In this document: piece by piece, positions 24,301 to 39,300 of the stretch
Position numbering within the stretch: position 1 is the stretch's first letter
Layout: each line of letters begins with the position of its first letter
DNA from: Acanthaster planci
Taxonomy: Eukaryota
Assembly: GCF_001949145.1 (NCBI RefSeq)
Contig: NW_019091355.1
Coordinates: forward strand, 3,268,646 to 3,332,645
Direction of reading: 5' to 3'
DNA: 64,000 nt
The notes under the pieces: generated by a model
What the model saw: the letters and a program-made list of their open reading frames with translations, nothing else
Database searches by the model: none
What the model was told of the DNA's origin: nothing
Translations under genes and position numbers: made by a program

Positions 24301-27300
24301 TTTGGAAATAACAACAGGTCAGTTCATTTGGTCAGTCATCAAACAACTGCTTAACATTAAGTTATCTTTTTCTGTGGTTAATCATGGCTCAATAATGTCT
24401 GTGGTGTTTTTTTTTTGGTTTTTTTTTGGCCTCACAGGGAGAGAGGAAAGTCACCAAAGAGGAGCAGTGCTGTCCGGAGTGCGTGTCAGCTGAAGGTACA
24501 TGCATGTCATAAAACAAACTCTTTCCTGACAGGAACCACTTCAAAATGTTGCCTTGCCTGGAGTTCAGGATGCCTTACAGGATGGGCCTTCCTGCAAGGG
24601 AGGGGGGGTGGGGACATGTTCTGTTTGTACCGTACCCTTTGCGTGTTTTACACGGTATCTTGGATTATGACGGCTCTGAAGGGACATCACAGTTATTCAT
24701 ATCACTCGGAAAGAAGTTTTGTGACAACAGTTGAAATGTTCTAGCAGGGCCACCGTACATAATACTCCAAAAATACTATTTTGTGTGATTTATATATCTG
24801 ACACTTGCCCATAATTTTACAACTGGTTCATGACTCTTGACTGCAAGTATTGTATGCAGATCAGTGCTGTGTGTGTTGATTACTTCAAAAGATTTATTAT
24901 CGCTTCAAATCTATAATAATTTATATGTGATATCTTTTAGTGAATTTATTAAGACCCTTGTTGAACATTCAAAGATGTTAGGTCAATCCAAAAATAAAGT
25001 CTTTTGCTGATTACTAATGTTAGCCAAATTCTTTCTGCTGGTTTTTTGTGCAGCCCCCTGCAATGATGTAGGTACGCTACGCTACAGTGGCGATGTGTGG
25101 AACGTCTCGGCCTGTGAGTTCTGCATATGTCAGCAGGGCAGGATAGACTGCTACGCGGCCGAGTGCGACAGGCTACGCTGTGAAGTGGTAAGAACTTGGA
25201 AATCAAATATCTATCGGGTCTCGTGTTGTCACCCCTGCATCACACTTCAGAGGGCTCTTAGGGTAGCAAACCACAGTAGTTCCTATCTTGTGGCAGACAA
25301 GATTGTATAGATCTTGCTGTCCGTCGCACAACCTGACCAGCCAAATCAAACATACCGTACAATTTTCACATACAGGCAAATATTTTCAGTCTGTCTTAAT
25401 CAGGATACAAACATGTCTGTATTAATTACTTCATCATGGCTGGCTGAGCTTTAAATCTCCTCTGTCTTGTTGAGGGTTTTGTTCATAACTGCAAACAGTT
25501 CATCCCAAGAAATGCGAAAGTAACTTGCAGACTTTACGTTAAAAACTAGCGGGCGTTACGCTATGTTCTGACATTTTTCTTGTCTGGGTGTTTCAGGGTG
25601 AGTCTCTCGTACACAGAGAGGGCAGATGTTGCCCCGAGTGTGTCTCTCCCGTTGGCTACTGTGTTCACAACAGGATAACGTACACGGTGAGCTCTTATTA
25701 TGTGTCCTTATACTGTGTCCAAGGGAACCTTTGACCTCCAGCTTCTGTCTGTCAGTTATGTTAAAGTTGTTATATTTAACATTTGCCAGATTAATTTTTG
25801 CCCTGATAACCTCTGCCTAATACTGCGTGCCGGGTACCAGGTTAAAAAAAAATTCAACCAGTGGTTTACAAGGGGTTGCCGATCAAACTTCGCTACTGAT
25901 GTCCTCATGCAAATTTTATGGTTATGAAGTTTATTCTGTGTTTAATGTTTCCAATCAGAACGGTGACATATGGGAGCCCGACGACTGCCGGACCTGTGTG
26001 TGCGAGGCTGGCCACAGCAACTGTTTCAAAGTGGATTGTCCGCCCTGTGCGGGGGACCGCGTGCCTGTCGAGGTGGAAGGCCAATGCTGTCCGGACTGCA
26101 TACTAGGTAGGGACACTTTCAACTGCGACACCACTGAGCTTGTTTACATGACAGGGGCTTCAAATGTGAAGGGGTATGGTTTTACTGATTGTAACAGTTA
26201 ATTTTTTCGTTATTTCTAATTATATGTGTATTTACACCTGTGCTGAACCATCTCACACTCTCGCTTTCGGCCTCGAGCAGAAGCACCCCCTCGTTGGTTG
26301 AAAAGAGCAGCGTTGGGTCAGGAGTGTTCAGTTTGTTGGTAGTGATGCGACCAGCCAAGATCTTATATGTAGTGCCGTTAATCTTGCCTTGAAGAACATT
26401 AAGAGTGACAGTTACACGGTCATAGCTGTCTTCCGCTTCGATTCAATCAAGCACGATGAGGTAAATTTGAGCAATAGGAGGTGAAATAAGTATACCGGTA
26501 CAGTTTGCTGCTCGTTTTACATTGACATGGAGTGAGCAAGATACCCACACTGTCTGCACGTGTAGCCAAAGGGGACCCTTGACCTATCCAGGTCACTCTT
26601 GAAACTTCTCTGGGGAAATAGGTTACGTCCGGGGTGGGATTTGCAGGCCTGAGGCTGCAGTGATTCCAAGCCTTTCCTCCCACGATGCCCGCTTTCCAGT
26701 TTTGGGGGGATTAAGGGACTAGGTTTGCCAATCTATCTTGGGTTACCGAGGGCCCCAGCTGTTACCCAATCGATTTCCCCTGGTCGGGCTCCAGGGTGCG
26801 ATCAAGGAGTCAACGAGTTTATTTAAGAGGCAGTGAACCTGGGACCACGAAAGGTCACAAACGCTATCCACCGGAGCAACCACCTTTCCATGTACATTGC
26901 TTTCTGCATTGTAGGAACAGGTCTTGATGTTGTATGAATCATGTATGATCGCTTTCAATTTTTCTGATTTTTATTGGTATTCCAAATTTCTTGTTCTATT
27001 TATGGTTTTGTCCATTCTAAGTGTAGGGTTTGTTTTTTTTCCTTGTCATTTTTCTTCTGCGTAGCATCCGTAAAATGTAAGAACAAATCAGAAGAGACTG
27101 TTAAAGATTGGGCCTGTGCTGGGTACCTGGGTACCCGCCCGTCAATTTCAAAACCCGGTTCCATTTTTCCGGGCCGGGTACCCAGTTCTAAAATTACCCG
27201 CAAATGCACACCCCTATTAAAGATTGAAGAATATCTCATGCAGTCAGATAGAGCTCTTGGCTGGTTCTCGGCCCATTTCTGCTCACCATGTGAATTTGCT

Positions 27301-30300
27301 GAGAACTGTATGATGCCATGTAGCCAGCTGACTTGCATTGGACCAACTGACCTTCATTGTGTGTACGAATTTACATGAACATTGCTTTTTGTCGTTCAGT
27401 TCAGTGTCGTCCTGAGTGCCTGACGTGCGACGCCCGGGGCTGCCTCACCTGCAGGAACCAGAGGCTGGTCCAAAATGGACGCTGTGTGGACTCCTGCGAT
27501 ATCGGCTTCTACAAAGCCTCTCAAACGTTATGCCAAGGTGAGACATGAAATGCTGGTGTCCCTCCACTAGTTACGAGGCTTTCTGGTTTTTCTTTATCCT
27601 GCCGAAATGTGTACTTGACCACATCAAACTATTAGATCCTGAAGTCATTGTTTTTGTCCCAGAGTGATCAGGATTGCTTTCATTAAAGGTTTCCAGTTCT
27701 TACGCTTAAGTTCTTAAGTTCTTACGCTGCGTTGGTTGGGTTCCCCCAATCTGGCCATTGAATGCTATCGTTGGCATTATGATTGTGCAGAAGCCTGTGC
27801 TTTTGATTTTCAGTCCCCAAAAAATAGGTCGGTTTGCAATTTTGTCTCGGTAGCTTGCCATGAAACCTGCCTGTCGTGTACCGCTGGCACTGAGTTCCAC
27901 TGCCTGACCTGCGCCGATACGTTATTACTGAAGTGGAGCCAGTGCATTGTCGACTGTGGCAGCGGATTCTTCGAACAGGACGGAATCTGCATCGGTAAGA
28001 GGTTGCCTATTTCTAAAAGGCTACCGCAATTGGACTGTCACAGAGTGTGAACAATATGCCATAAAAATCTGGTTGGAAATGCATTCCTTGGGTGTCACTG
28101 TACTGTATTTAAGCACAGTTTATTTTCTGAGTGCATATTTAACCCTAACAGTCCTAAATCCTCCAATTTCAATTTGAAGCTCTCCACAGCCATACGCTCT
28201 CTCTCTTCTCAGTTTTAGAGTGATCACTCGATCACGTTCAGTTGTGTAGAGAATGTTGTGCCACTTTAATAATTAGAAGAAATCGTGCAAGTGCATGGTT
28301 TAAATTCAATCGCTGATAATATCGGAGGTAATAATCATGTGATCAAGTTAATCTTTGAGCCTATTTTGCATATCTACTCAGCTACAAAAATCAGCACCTC
28401 TCAGATGTTTTTACCGAGAAATATATTAACTGTCTATGTATTGGGGAGGGGGGACTATGGGAGGAACTAGTATTGTTAGCTTTTACTGGGGTAAATTTGA
28501 CTCTTTGACGTGGATGTTGCAGAATGCCACTCGAGCTGTCAGGAATGCACAGGACCCAGAAAGTCAGATTGTTTGGTCTGCTCTAACTCGACCCATGTCA
28601 TCAGGAGGAACAGCTGCGTGCCCGAATGTGGCCAAGAGTACTATCTCCAAGGCAATTACTGCTATCGTGAGTATCCATTTGGAGATTTTCAAGTCGAGGT
28701 GTTTTTATTCAGGTAACTTGGAGAGTAATGTGAAACATGTAACGACGTTTAGCCTCAAGGCTGTTCTTGATTAAGTAGACCGGAGGCTTATCAGGCAGTG
28801 GGAATGAGTAGTCATTACTGCGGTGATACGTGCGCTGTCAACAGTGGCCAACTCTTCTAGTCAAAATCCTTCAACTATGATGAAGATTCATGTAAAACCT
28901 TCTGACCCAACTCACTAAGTTTGAAAAAGATTTGCATGATGTGAAAAGCTCAACAAGTTGTTCGTAATTAACTCTGACAGTTAAAACCAGACATTGAAAG
29001 AGAACAAGTATAAAGAAGTTACAGTGCACGGCTTGTATTTGAAAGAAATTTGTATGCTGCATTTCTTGGCAGCAAAAATCTGCTTGACAGTAGAAATCTC
29101 TCTGTCACCTGCTTATTCATTCCTTTAGAAAGTAATGGTATTAAAAAGCACGAGTGATTCATTGATCGGCGAGACAACTCCACCCAGCTAGACCCTTCAT
29201 GGGTGAAACAGAAATGACAGACGCCGTCAAACTTGCATATTACATTGGGCATACCAGTGATGGTCCATGTCAAGCTCATATGTAGATCCTGCAAGGGTTA
29301 AGAAGACAGGTGCTGTTGTGTTTGGGACATCTGAACATTTGAGAAGCCACCTGTGAATTGCAGTGTTGTTGTCGAGACCACTTAAGACCTTCACAAGACC
29401 ACACAAGACCAACACAAGACCTCCAGTCTGAATTCAAGTCACAAGCTACTCAAATGAACTGCAACAAAAGCATTCCTTTGTCATTGTTCACCCTGTTACT
29501 ATCGACTGGTCTTGTGCATGGCCTTGCGATGGTCCTGACTAGGTCCCCTGACTAGTGAATTGTGACTAGAATAAAGTGACTCATGTTTCTCTTGTTGGAG
29601 TCCCTGCTTGAGGAGATATTGATCTGCATGACATTGAGCCCTTTTGACCCAAACGGAAGACAATTTACAATGTAAAAATCTCACAGATTAAAGCTCATTG
29701 TGAAAATGCCGTCTGATGATGTCTTTCAGGCTTATCCTCTGGACGCTGCTCTTATTTTGTTCAAGACAAGTGCGGGTCTGTGCCTTCCATGAAATCGGGC
29801 GGACTTGCTCTTTGGTGTTTGTGCTGACATTGTTTGAAATGCAGCCATTGTCTTGTACACTGTGATAATTCTGGTAAAGATGATCTTGTACAACATGCAA
29901 AGGCAGCTTTCTGGGCTTTAAAGGTCAACTTGAAAGGCTGAAATCCTTTTTGCCATGGTTAAAAAAAAGAAAAAAATAGTCGGACTCCTGCACTGAGCAC
30001 TTGTAAGCAGGAGTTTGACTCAAGTGAATGTGTCTGAAGAGAATTGTGGAGAAAAATGAGTCATTATAGTCAATGTGGAAGTCACTGCAAAAAATGCTGT
30101 CCGGCCTTGATTGGGGACGAGAAACTCGTGGAGCTTGCAAAAACCTTCAATCAGAGTGGGAAGTGGGCTATTTACTGTCCGTGTGAAGTGGGCATTGCTC
30201 GCTCTCTTGTAGGGCTTGACCCAAGTGTAATTCATGTTTGACCATGGTGCCAGCTCACAGGAAACCCCTTTCTTGCCAAGGGGTGCCCCGTGAGTCACCC

Positions 30301-33300
30301 CTGGAGTTCCGTCCAGCTTGCTAATGGGGTAGGGGGCTTTTCCTTCATTATTCATTGCCGATCAACAGATAATTCAACAGAGTTCATTCAGAAGAGTTTA
30401 CAAGTTGACAATGAGTTGTCAACAGGCATATGAAATATGTGGCCCATCATTCCAAAACCAGGTTGATGGCTTCTGAGCTGCGTATCTGGAAAATGACACC
30501 AGCATCCCTGTGAACCATGTCACTTCCACAACTTTCTCTGCTCGTGACCACCAAAGCCTTCTGCCGAAAAAATTTACACCATGAATCATGTTGAAGTATA
30601 AAAACTAAAGCCAAAGAGAGGAATTGTCACACATCAAAATTACCAACTTCAGCTTGGATTGGAATGATGCCATGACATTTGGGGAAACTTTCGTCGGAAA
30701 AGTTGATCTTGCTGTTACAAGCACATTTATTTCCAACACGACAGGATCACTCCTTAAAAAGATTTACAAGAGCAACATATAAACCCTTTGCTGTTGAGTT
30801 CTTCAAGCAGTTTGGAAGTCTGAATAAAAACCCTGATGGTGGACCAAATGTGACCCATACCAGGCTCTTTGGCAAAGGCAGCCTCAGCGGTAGTGAAATC
30901 CTCCTTGTACATTGTATTTTTCCTCGCTAACGCTCAAAGTAAACCCTGCATGAATCATCCAATCTGAGAAGTGTATAACATTCCACAGTCTGTGAGTTGC
31001 AAAAGTTGTTGAAAGGGCACCTGTTGAACCAAAACTCCTGGATTGCCGGTAATGACAAAACTACTCTGGAGTTGGACGTGTGTGCAGTAATTTCCTTGTA
31101 CAGGCTTCAATTTTCTTGTTGATCTGGACCGTTTGATGCATGGGAATCAATAGAATCGATGTTGCGTGCTTCCCCAAAGGCCGGAAGACACCAGGAAGTC
31201 ATTAGCACCAGCTCTATTACATCAAATCTATGGATGATAATCCTGAATTGCCTTGCTACACAAGGCCTTGTACTTTTTGAGGTTGGTGCTGAACCACAAG
31301 GTCTTCCCAGATATAACTGTGATTTACATTTTTGTGGTCGATGATGTTTGTTCAGTACGATTTGGGACCATTTTGTGTATGTACTAAGTAGGGTTGAAAG
31401 GCAGAAGATTGTATTTCAGGCAAGTAAGTCATGACAGCTTCCAAAAACTGTTTACTTGATTGTCGCAAGTTATGAACAAACCAGAATGAATGTGTTCTCC
31501 AATAAATATAAGGTCAGGAATTTGGCCCTCATGGTTTACACTTTGGTAGGACATTGAAATTTCCACCTTTGCAGTTCCAATCGCAAACCAACAGAAAGGT
31601 TGGATCTTTCCAGCAAAAGACAAACCCCTCAAACCCAACAAATCAGGCAGTTGCCAGTTCAAGCTTTCTTTCAGGAGGGGCCACAACTTTCATATACCAA
31701 ATTGTAGCCTGAAAATTGAACCAGAATTGTATTGACTTTGCTTTTATTGGCAACCAATGAACATCGTGGCCACAAGCTTCAATTAGATTCATTGAATTAT
31801 GCAAGTTCCAGAGGTATAATGCATTACAGTTGTTGGAAGATTGCCAAAATGATCACTGAGATATAAATGGCTCTCTGCCCTTTAAAATTAGTGGCTTGTC
31901 TGGTGCCGTGATCCATTTTGTTTGTCATTAACTTTGCTGTAGCCACAGTTGGAATTCATGGACAATTATGAAATGCCTCTTTATGATTTGAGAAGACAAG
32001 CACAGTAGACAGGAAGTCACCTTCACAGTGGACTGACTCACAATGCCATAACGACTTCACTGGTCTGGACAGACGGTCTGTCGGGAATGACGAGGGTGTC
32101 TGCCCGCCCAAAACATCGTCGGCAAACTTTCCATTATCAACACCATTAGACCGATGCTGGCGGACAATTAATTAATGGCCACGACCAGTCTTCTTGCAGT
32201 TAATGGAACTTCAAGTTGTCTGTGCAGAGTTTCAAATCCAAATCAAAAGGAAAAGATCTTAATTTGAACCCTTTTCCCTGTTTTGGGAGGGATGAAATTC
32301 GATGGTTTGCATTTCACCAAGATGTTGTTTCATTTGGATGGAAGATCTTGATGGCTGAGTTGAAAAGAAGCAAGGAATGGTGTCACTGTACAGTGGCATA
32401 TCCAGGTTTTGAGTCAGTGGGGGGGGTTACTGTAAGGATTCACAGGTATCATGCATGTAGAACAGATTAACATCTGTGCACATGGCTCACCCATCTTAAT
32501 CTCGTCTTGAAGGTTTTAACCAAACACAGTCTTGTCAGAAGGAAAATGTCATAAACCCTTTGGTGTTCCAGGGGAAGTTTCTTCAGACCCACATGATTTT
32601 TTTTTTCCATGTTCATTCCCGCGGGAATTCTACCCCCAAATCAAATGTGTTTCCCGCTCTGGTTTGCCGAACTTCCTGCACTGTCTAGACCATCGTTAAA
32701 GCACAGGATGGTTGGAGTTCGTGACTGGCTGGCTACTTTTCCCAGTTTCCCCCCCCCCCAATTTTTACATTTAGCTTTGCAGTGTCATCTCCGAAGAAGA
32801 GTAGTCAGTTTTCATCATGTAGGATGCTCTATCAACTTGCCAGTTAACACGTCAGATTTTGATGGTCACTGGTAAACCAATTGGAAGTGGAGGAAATAGG
32901 GATGTAAATAATCAGTCGTAGGTATTTCTGCTAGTGTCCATCAGCCGCTCCCACTTTTGCTATTGTCAGGCAATTACCCTCACCTGGCCTATCCTCCCCT
33001 CAGGCTAGTTCCAAGCATGCTCTGCCATTATCCTCACTCTAGAAGGGCAGAGATTTGGGTAGAATGACCATCGATCTAACCCTCGCTGCACTCCGGGCTG
33101 GACTCACATGTACTTAACCTCTTCATTGAATATTTTCTCCCCTTAATTTCACACTCCTTCCTTTGTTGGGCACACTCTTGTCTGATACTAAAAGTTGCAG
33201 TCTCGTTTTTTTTGTCTTAACTCGGCTTGTGAATCTGTTGTTCTTCATCCTAACTTCTTATTCTGTTGTTCAAAATCCCATGTTGTAGATTGCAGCTGTA

Positions 33301-36300
33301 GACCAAAGCTTAGCGTAGAACTCACGTCTGCAATCATTTCTGCCCCTACTTATTGCCGCGATATTTTTCTCTTCTCTCACAGCCTGCGAACCGTCATGTT
33401 TTTCCTGTCACTATGACAACCCCCGGTGCATCCTCTGCCCAGCCAATCAGCTCCTTCGGGACGGCAGCTGCGTGACCGAGTGTGGCGCCGGCTTCTATCA
33501 GGCCAGCAGTACTCACTGTGAAGGTGAGACACGTTTCTTTCCAAAATTGGAAACCGTGCATGTAGGCGTTCCCTGTCTGCTTGGAAATGTGCCAAGTGAA
33601 ATGATTCCTCCATACAGTTCATTTTTATAACTAACAGTTTGGGCATCGAAACATTTGTGAAAGTTTTCCTTGGAAATAATCCCTCTTTTGTTGCTGCCAG
33701 CATTGAAAATTTGCTCTTCTCACAACTTGCGGGGATACCACCATTTGAAAGGGAAGATCTGCAAAATTATGAAAATGTTTTTTTGTCCAGTATTACCCAT
33801 TTTAATTTCAAGTTATTGCCATTTTAGAAGAATTGAATTGAACATTTTAGTAAAATTAGAGTGAAAACTTCATTTAGGTTCAGATTTGTTGGTTTTGTTG
33901 TGTATTGGTTTCGGTTTCTTTTTGTAATTTTCTTTCCTGAAGTGAGACTTTTCTAACTTAAAGTAAGTATGACACTGCAATGAAATATCCAAGGAGTTTT
34001 ACAGTGCATCAAACGTAAGTTTATTTCATGCCATTTCAATCGGTCCTTTTTAATCCAGAAGTCACTTTTGCCGCGTAAGACTCATTTGAGCTCAGCAAGT
34101 TACAGGTCTGCTACTCGTAAACGTCATTGCCTGTTGTTGCATTCTTGGGAAGTCGGACCTCACAATTTAAACAACCCCAAGTGATACCTTTCCATTTTCC
34201 AGTTCTTAACCCTCTTTTTGCTTGCATGCAATTCTTGTCCAGCTTGCCACCACACCTGTCAGTACTGTAGGGGGCCCAGCATCTACGAGTGCATGGCCTG
34301 TGATGAGCCGTTCCACCTGCAAGACGGCCAGTGCCTCTACAACTGCTCCAATGGGTTCTTTGATAACGAGAACACCTGTACACGTGAGTATAATGAGCAA
34401 CCAGCTCTACCAAAAGGAGGGCTAGGCAGTGAAAATGAGTGAGATAGGTGACAGGCTCTATCAAAATGAAGACAAAGTCAAATGGAGCTTCAGCACATTT
34501 TAGGTGACTGGCTCCATCAAAATAGCGTTTAAGCAAAGTACACAAGAATGCCAGCACACGTTAGTTTTGATAAAGTGACCAGCTTCCACAAAATGAGGAA
34601 TAAGTAAAGAACAGTGTGCGGGAAGCTCCACGGCACATTGGAAATGAAAGAATCTTTGTTAGGTAAAATAGACCTGACATCAATTTCTCAATGACTGACA
34701 TTTTTGCTTAGTCCATAATTTTGCCAAGTAGTGCTTCCTACCTCATGGCTCTGGGTGAAATTGGGCCTGGTTCCGTGAACTCTGGTCCTAAGAATAGAAA
34801 TCAGACAGTCTGGCTTCGAATCTCCACCCTATCTCCTTACCGTCTCCCTGTCTCTCTTTCTCTCACCCCTTCCAGCCTGCCACCCCAGCTGCCGTACCTG
34901 CCTGGGGCCGGCTGCCGATGACTGCTCGTCCTGTCGGGACGCCTCCCAAGTGGTTCAGGGCCGGCCTCCTTTCTACGACGTCATCACGGGGCCCTGCACC
35001 GCCCGCTGCCAGGAGAGCTTCTATGCGGACATCCACGGCATCTGCATACGTAAGTCCTGCCATTTCCTGGTAGACTGGCCCCCGAGCAGCCTTCCCTGTA
35101 TGAGTTGACATTCCCGTGACTGACATGTCCTGTGTTATATGGAATACACCCCTGAAGGGGACATGCACCGAATCAGAGACTCTTGGCACTGGAGAGCTCT
35201 TTAAAGAGGATTTGATTATAAATGTAGGGTACAAAAAAACCACATGACGAAGTCCCATCACAAAACATTTGGACAGTTCCTAAAATCTGTCTGACCCACT
35301 TAGCAAAGTTCTATTTTCACCTGATCTTAATTTTCAAGTCCTCGTCAAGACCACTTTTGAAAAGACAGTTCAAAGTTTGTTACCTCCTTTTTTTTCCTCC
35401 CTGTGTTCATGTGCCTTAGTAGAATACACGTGACTCATCAGAATAAACTGCACATGCTGTGAGATCAACAGATCAAGGACAGATAGTCTTGTGTGAATAA
35501 CAGTACATTATGGCAAAGGAATAATAATAATTGAAAAAAAAAAAATCAGTTATTGATATTGTGTCATCGGACCCCTCTTTTTTTGCTAGCTTGCAACCCA
35601 ACCTGCTTGACCTGCACCGGTCAGTCCATCAACAGCTGTACGTCGTGTAGGCCACCCTTACTGCTCCAAAATGGCCGATGTGAGAAACAGTGCTCGGACG
35701 GCCAGTACTCCGAAAACTCCATGTGTTTAGGTAAAGAGATGAGCGCCACAAATGATCAAGTTCACGGTTGTTGGCTGTTGATGTCCCTCTGGAAGATACT
35801 TTACCACAGTAGTCTCTCCGGACTTGGTGTATTGACCAGCCCATGAGGCATCCCTGTAGGAATGGGATGAGTTTTGTGGGCAGCTTGTATGCTCTTAAAC
35901 TTTGAGTTTGGATTTAAAAGTTCTAGAACTGGTCATCTTTAGCGAGTAGCATGTCCTTGAGAAGGATACGTCACCACAATCACTTTCCTTTCTGTCATGG
36001 AGTAAATGGTAAACGTGAGGTTGTCTTTTTCTGTGCATTGGATTAGTTTTTATTTCATGCATTACAGGACTGAATGGAATGTTCATCCTGACTGGAAAAA
36101 AAGGTGGTCCTGTGAGATGATTTCCCTCACAAAAAAGTTTTGACTTCCCTTGAAAGATTGAGATACAGGTCACAGTGGTCATAAAATCCACATTTTGCTT
36201 AACTGTCGATACCGCAATGTCCGTTTTGATTTTTTTTTCCCGATTCCATCCCCGTTTTTGATATTGCAGATTGCCACCCAAGTTGTCGGGTGTGTTTCGG

Positions 36301-39300
36301 CCCCGCCCCCAATCAGTGCCTGGCCTGTCACCAGGGCGACACGCTGCAGCTGGGTACCTGCAGTGCCGGCTGCCCGAGCTCACAGTTTGCCAACGACTTT
36401 GGTGTCTGCCAAGGTAAAGTAAAGTTGCCCCATTCTGATCAAACACATAGCAGAAGAACGGACTTGAAGATGAGCCTCCTCAACTTTCTGCTTTTGTGGT
36501 TTTGCACCTTTTTCCTTTTCATTTCTGTTCTGTCGTCGGTAGCGATTACTCCTTAGACCACACCTGTCGCTTTTTCAATATCATCAGCAGGACACCTTTA
36601 AGTCCGGTGTCGGGTGGTTGAAACATGTCCCGTTTGTACACAAAGAGTGATGCCATGAATTGTTTTTCAAGTTCGTTCTTGAAACCCCACTTGAAATGGG
36701 CAGCTCGCCCTATTATTGCAAATTCTCATCCTCCTCGAGTACTTGATACTGTTGTTGAAGAGACTTTGAAGTGCAGAGCACTTGTCTGACATAATTGCCT
36801 TCAGATATTTACACAGAAATTTGCTGCGAAGTGCTAATCACAGTACCGATCCACACTGACAATTTCGGTGTTTAAATAAAGGTTCTTAGCAGCTTCTCAC
36901 CTCCGGATGCATCTTATAAATAGTAGCAGGATGCGCCGTAAGACTGTCGGGGGTCTGTCTCTACCTGAAATAAGTGTCTCAAGTTGGAAGACGTCTTTCG
37001 CCACCCCCTCCCTGTATTTTGAGTCAGCTGTTTTGACTAGACAAGATCAGTGGTCCAGCGTGCATGACTGTGTGTGTGATTTCCGGGGGAAAAGGAATAA
37101 ATGTATGCGATGCTGTGAGGATTAGTGTAAATTACTGAGCAGGCTCCGCCAAAACAAGGATTGAACGAGGAAATTCAAGATGAAATTCAGTTGTGTTCTG
37201 TGGGAAATGGGTGTTGGCTTTATAACATTTTACCCAAGATTTTCAGTGTGGACAAAGTGAATGTATGCACCGACAGTAAGCAGAAAGGAGTAGAGTCCTT
37301 GATTCATTTGTTAACGCGATCCCAATAGTACATGATTAACGCGGTAATTTCCTCAGATTTGATGAGGTCCTTGTCACCGCTTACGCTGAATCACATCGTT
37401 TCCTGAAATTTCACATCTGCTTTACATTCGGCTGGCACTGCCCAAGCGAAATGTTATCATCATGGGGTTTGTCAGATCTGATTAAAAAAACAAAAACCTC
37501 TCGGACAAATCACAAGGCCGCTTGAACGATCCTGGGATCTGAGAGTAGACAGATTTCTTGGAAGATTAATGCAAGGATGAAGTCCAGACATTGAGATTAA
37601 GTGTGGAGTCATTTTTCCAGAAAGTGTAACAACTTTCCCCAATCGGGAAGTCACTGTCGGAGCATTAAAAGATAGCTGACATCACCGCCGATTTCTCTCT
37701 GCTCTGAGGATGTAGGAGATAAAGACTTAATCTTGCAATATTTGTTTTGCATTAAGAACATATCTTTTGGAGAGTTCTCAGCCGGAATATACCACTAAAC
37801 ACGTGTGTATTTGACAAAGGGCCGACAGGTCAAGTCAGAATTGCCTCGACTGGCATTTAAACATGCTAATTCCTCATTAGCTTTATACGCACATGAAAAT
37901 CTGAGAAGTATGCATTGAACGTGGCTGTTGTACAGGGCAAGTGTCGCTCCATGGGGGTGTTGAAAATTTGTGACCCGCTTTGCAAAAAAGGTTATTAAGT
38001 TGCGCAGTGCCAAAACATGTAATGGCCTGTTCTGTTTCGAGAGGGCAAAATTTCTTCAAAAATGTGATTTTGTGGTTTTTCCTTTAATAGCTTCTATGAT
38101 ATTTATATTTTCAGAATTTGTGACTACAAACATGGATACTGATGAATAAAGATGAAAAATTGATCATTCAGTAGGAAATTGTTCATAGCATTGTGTTTCA
38201 GAGTGCTACACTTTCTGAGCTTTTTCTCAAAAAGTACTTTTATTAAATCCGAAAATGTGGCTATACAAGTGTCTCTGTATTTCTGAAATGCAGTGCACTA
38301 CAGGGATCATTCATATATCAAATTGTAGCTTTCGATGGACAGAATCGGGCCACATCAAAGCCTCATAACCTGAATCTGGCGACTTATCACCCATTTTGCT
38401 AGAGCCGGTCACATATGAGGTTGCAGGGTCAGAAATACCGTGCAAATACTATTCAAATGACTTGTGAACCAGCGTCTGTGGCGTTTGGCCGTATGGCAAA
38501 AGTTCAAGTTGGCAGCTGTGTCTTGCCCCTTTCAGAAGTCCAAATTTTGGGCCGAAAATAAGACTTGGCAAGTGGTTAAACCTTCCTCCTTCAGTGTCTC
38601 CATTTTCTCGTCGCCTTTCTTTCAGATTGCGACTCGGCCTGCGGCACCTGCTTTGCCGCCGGGGAGGGGTTGGAGAGCAGCACGTGCACAGAGTGCGCGG
38701 ACACCGGCGTCTACCCCTTGGGGGACACCTGCGTGTCCGAGTGCGGCATCGGCCACTTCCTGGAGGCCGGGACCAACATGTGCAAAGGTTGGTCACAAGT
38801 TACGCGTCAGGGAACGAGGTCCACTTGGCAGTGAAATGTAGGAAATTGTCACTCTGCAAAAATCAGGTTACCAGCCAAGACGTAATGCATTATGTATTGG
38901 TTGTTAGCAATATTCTGCTGATCTGTGCTCATTAGGTGTGTGTGCTGTGTACTGAACTTAAAAGAGTTCATTAAGTGAGCTTGGGTCCTGATGTAGAACA
39001 TTGTGGTCAGGCAAGGAACTTTATCACCAGTGCACTGGGTTCCTTGCTTTGAAATGAGATATGTCAAAAAATGTCTTGTCTGGCTTGAAATTTCTTCCTG
39101 CATTCTGACTCCCTGTTGCATGCCTGAGAAATGTTAGGAAGATTTCACTGAAGAAATTCTAGAGATTTGATATTGTATCCCTGGCATCATTGGATATTCA
39201 CTTGGTTGGAAGATTTCTGTTGCTCACACCAGAGTGCCTGGTTGCCTGTGGGCTATTCTTTGAGTCAACACTGAACAGATTGCGTGCTGAAAAGTTTCAA

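Noticed and set aside
12266..26106. Separate kielin/chordin-like gene, with a separate PCSK5-like gene for the furin repeats
   Set aside because: Splice phases join the VWC, furin-like and CSPG exons into one frame; there is no protease domain or intervening stop.
27110..27220. GGGTACCC-rich patch as a distinct element
   Set aside because: Likely a MITE fragment, but termini and TSD could not be defined.
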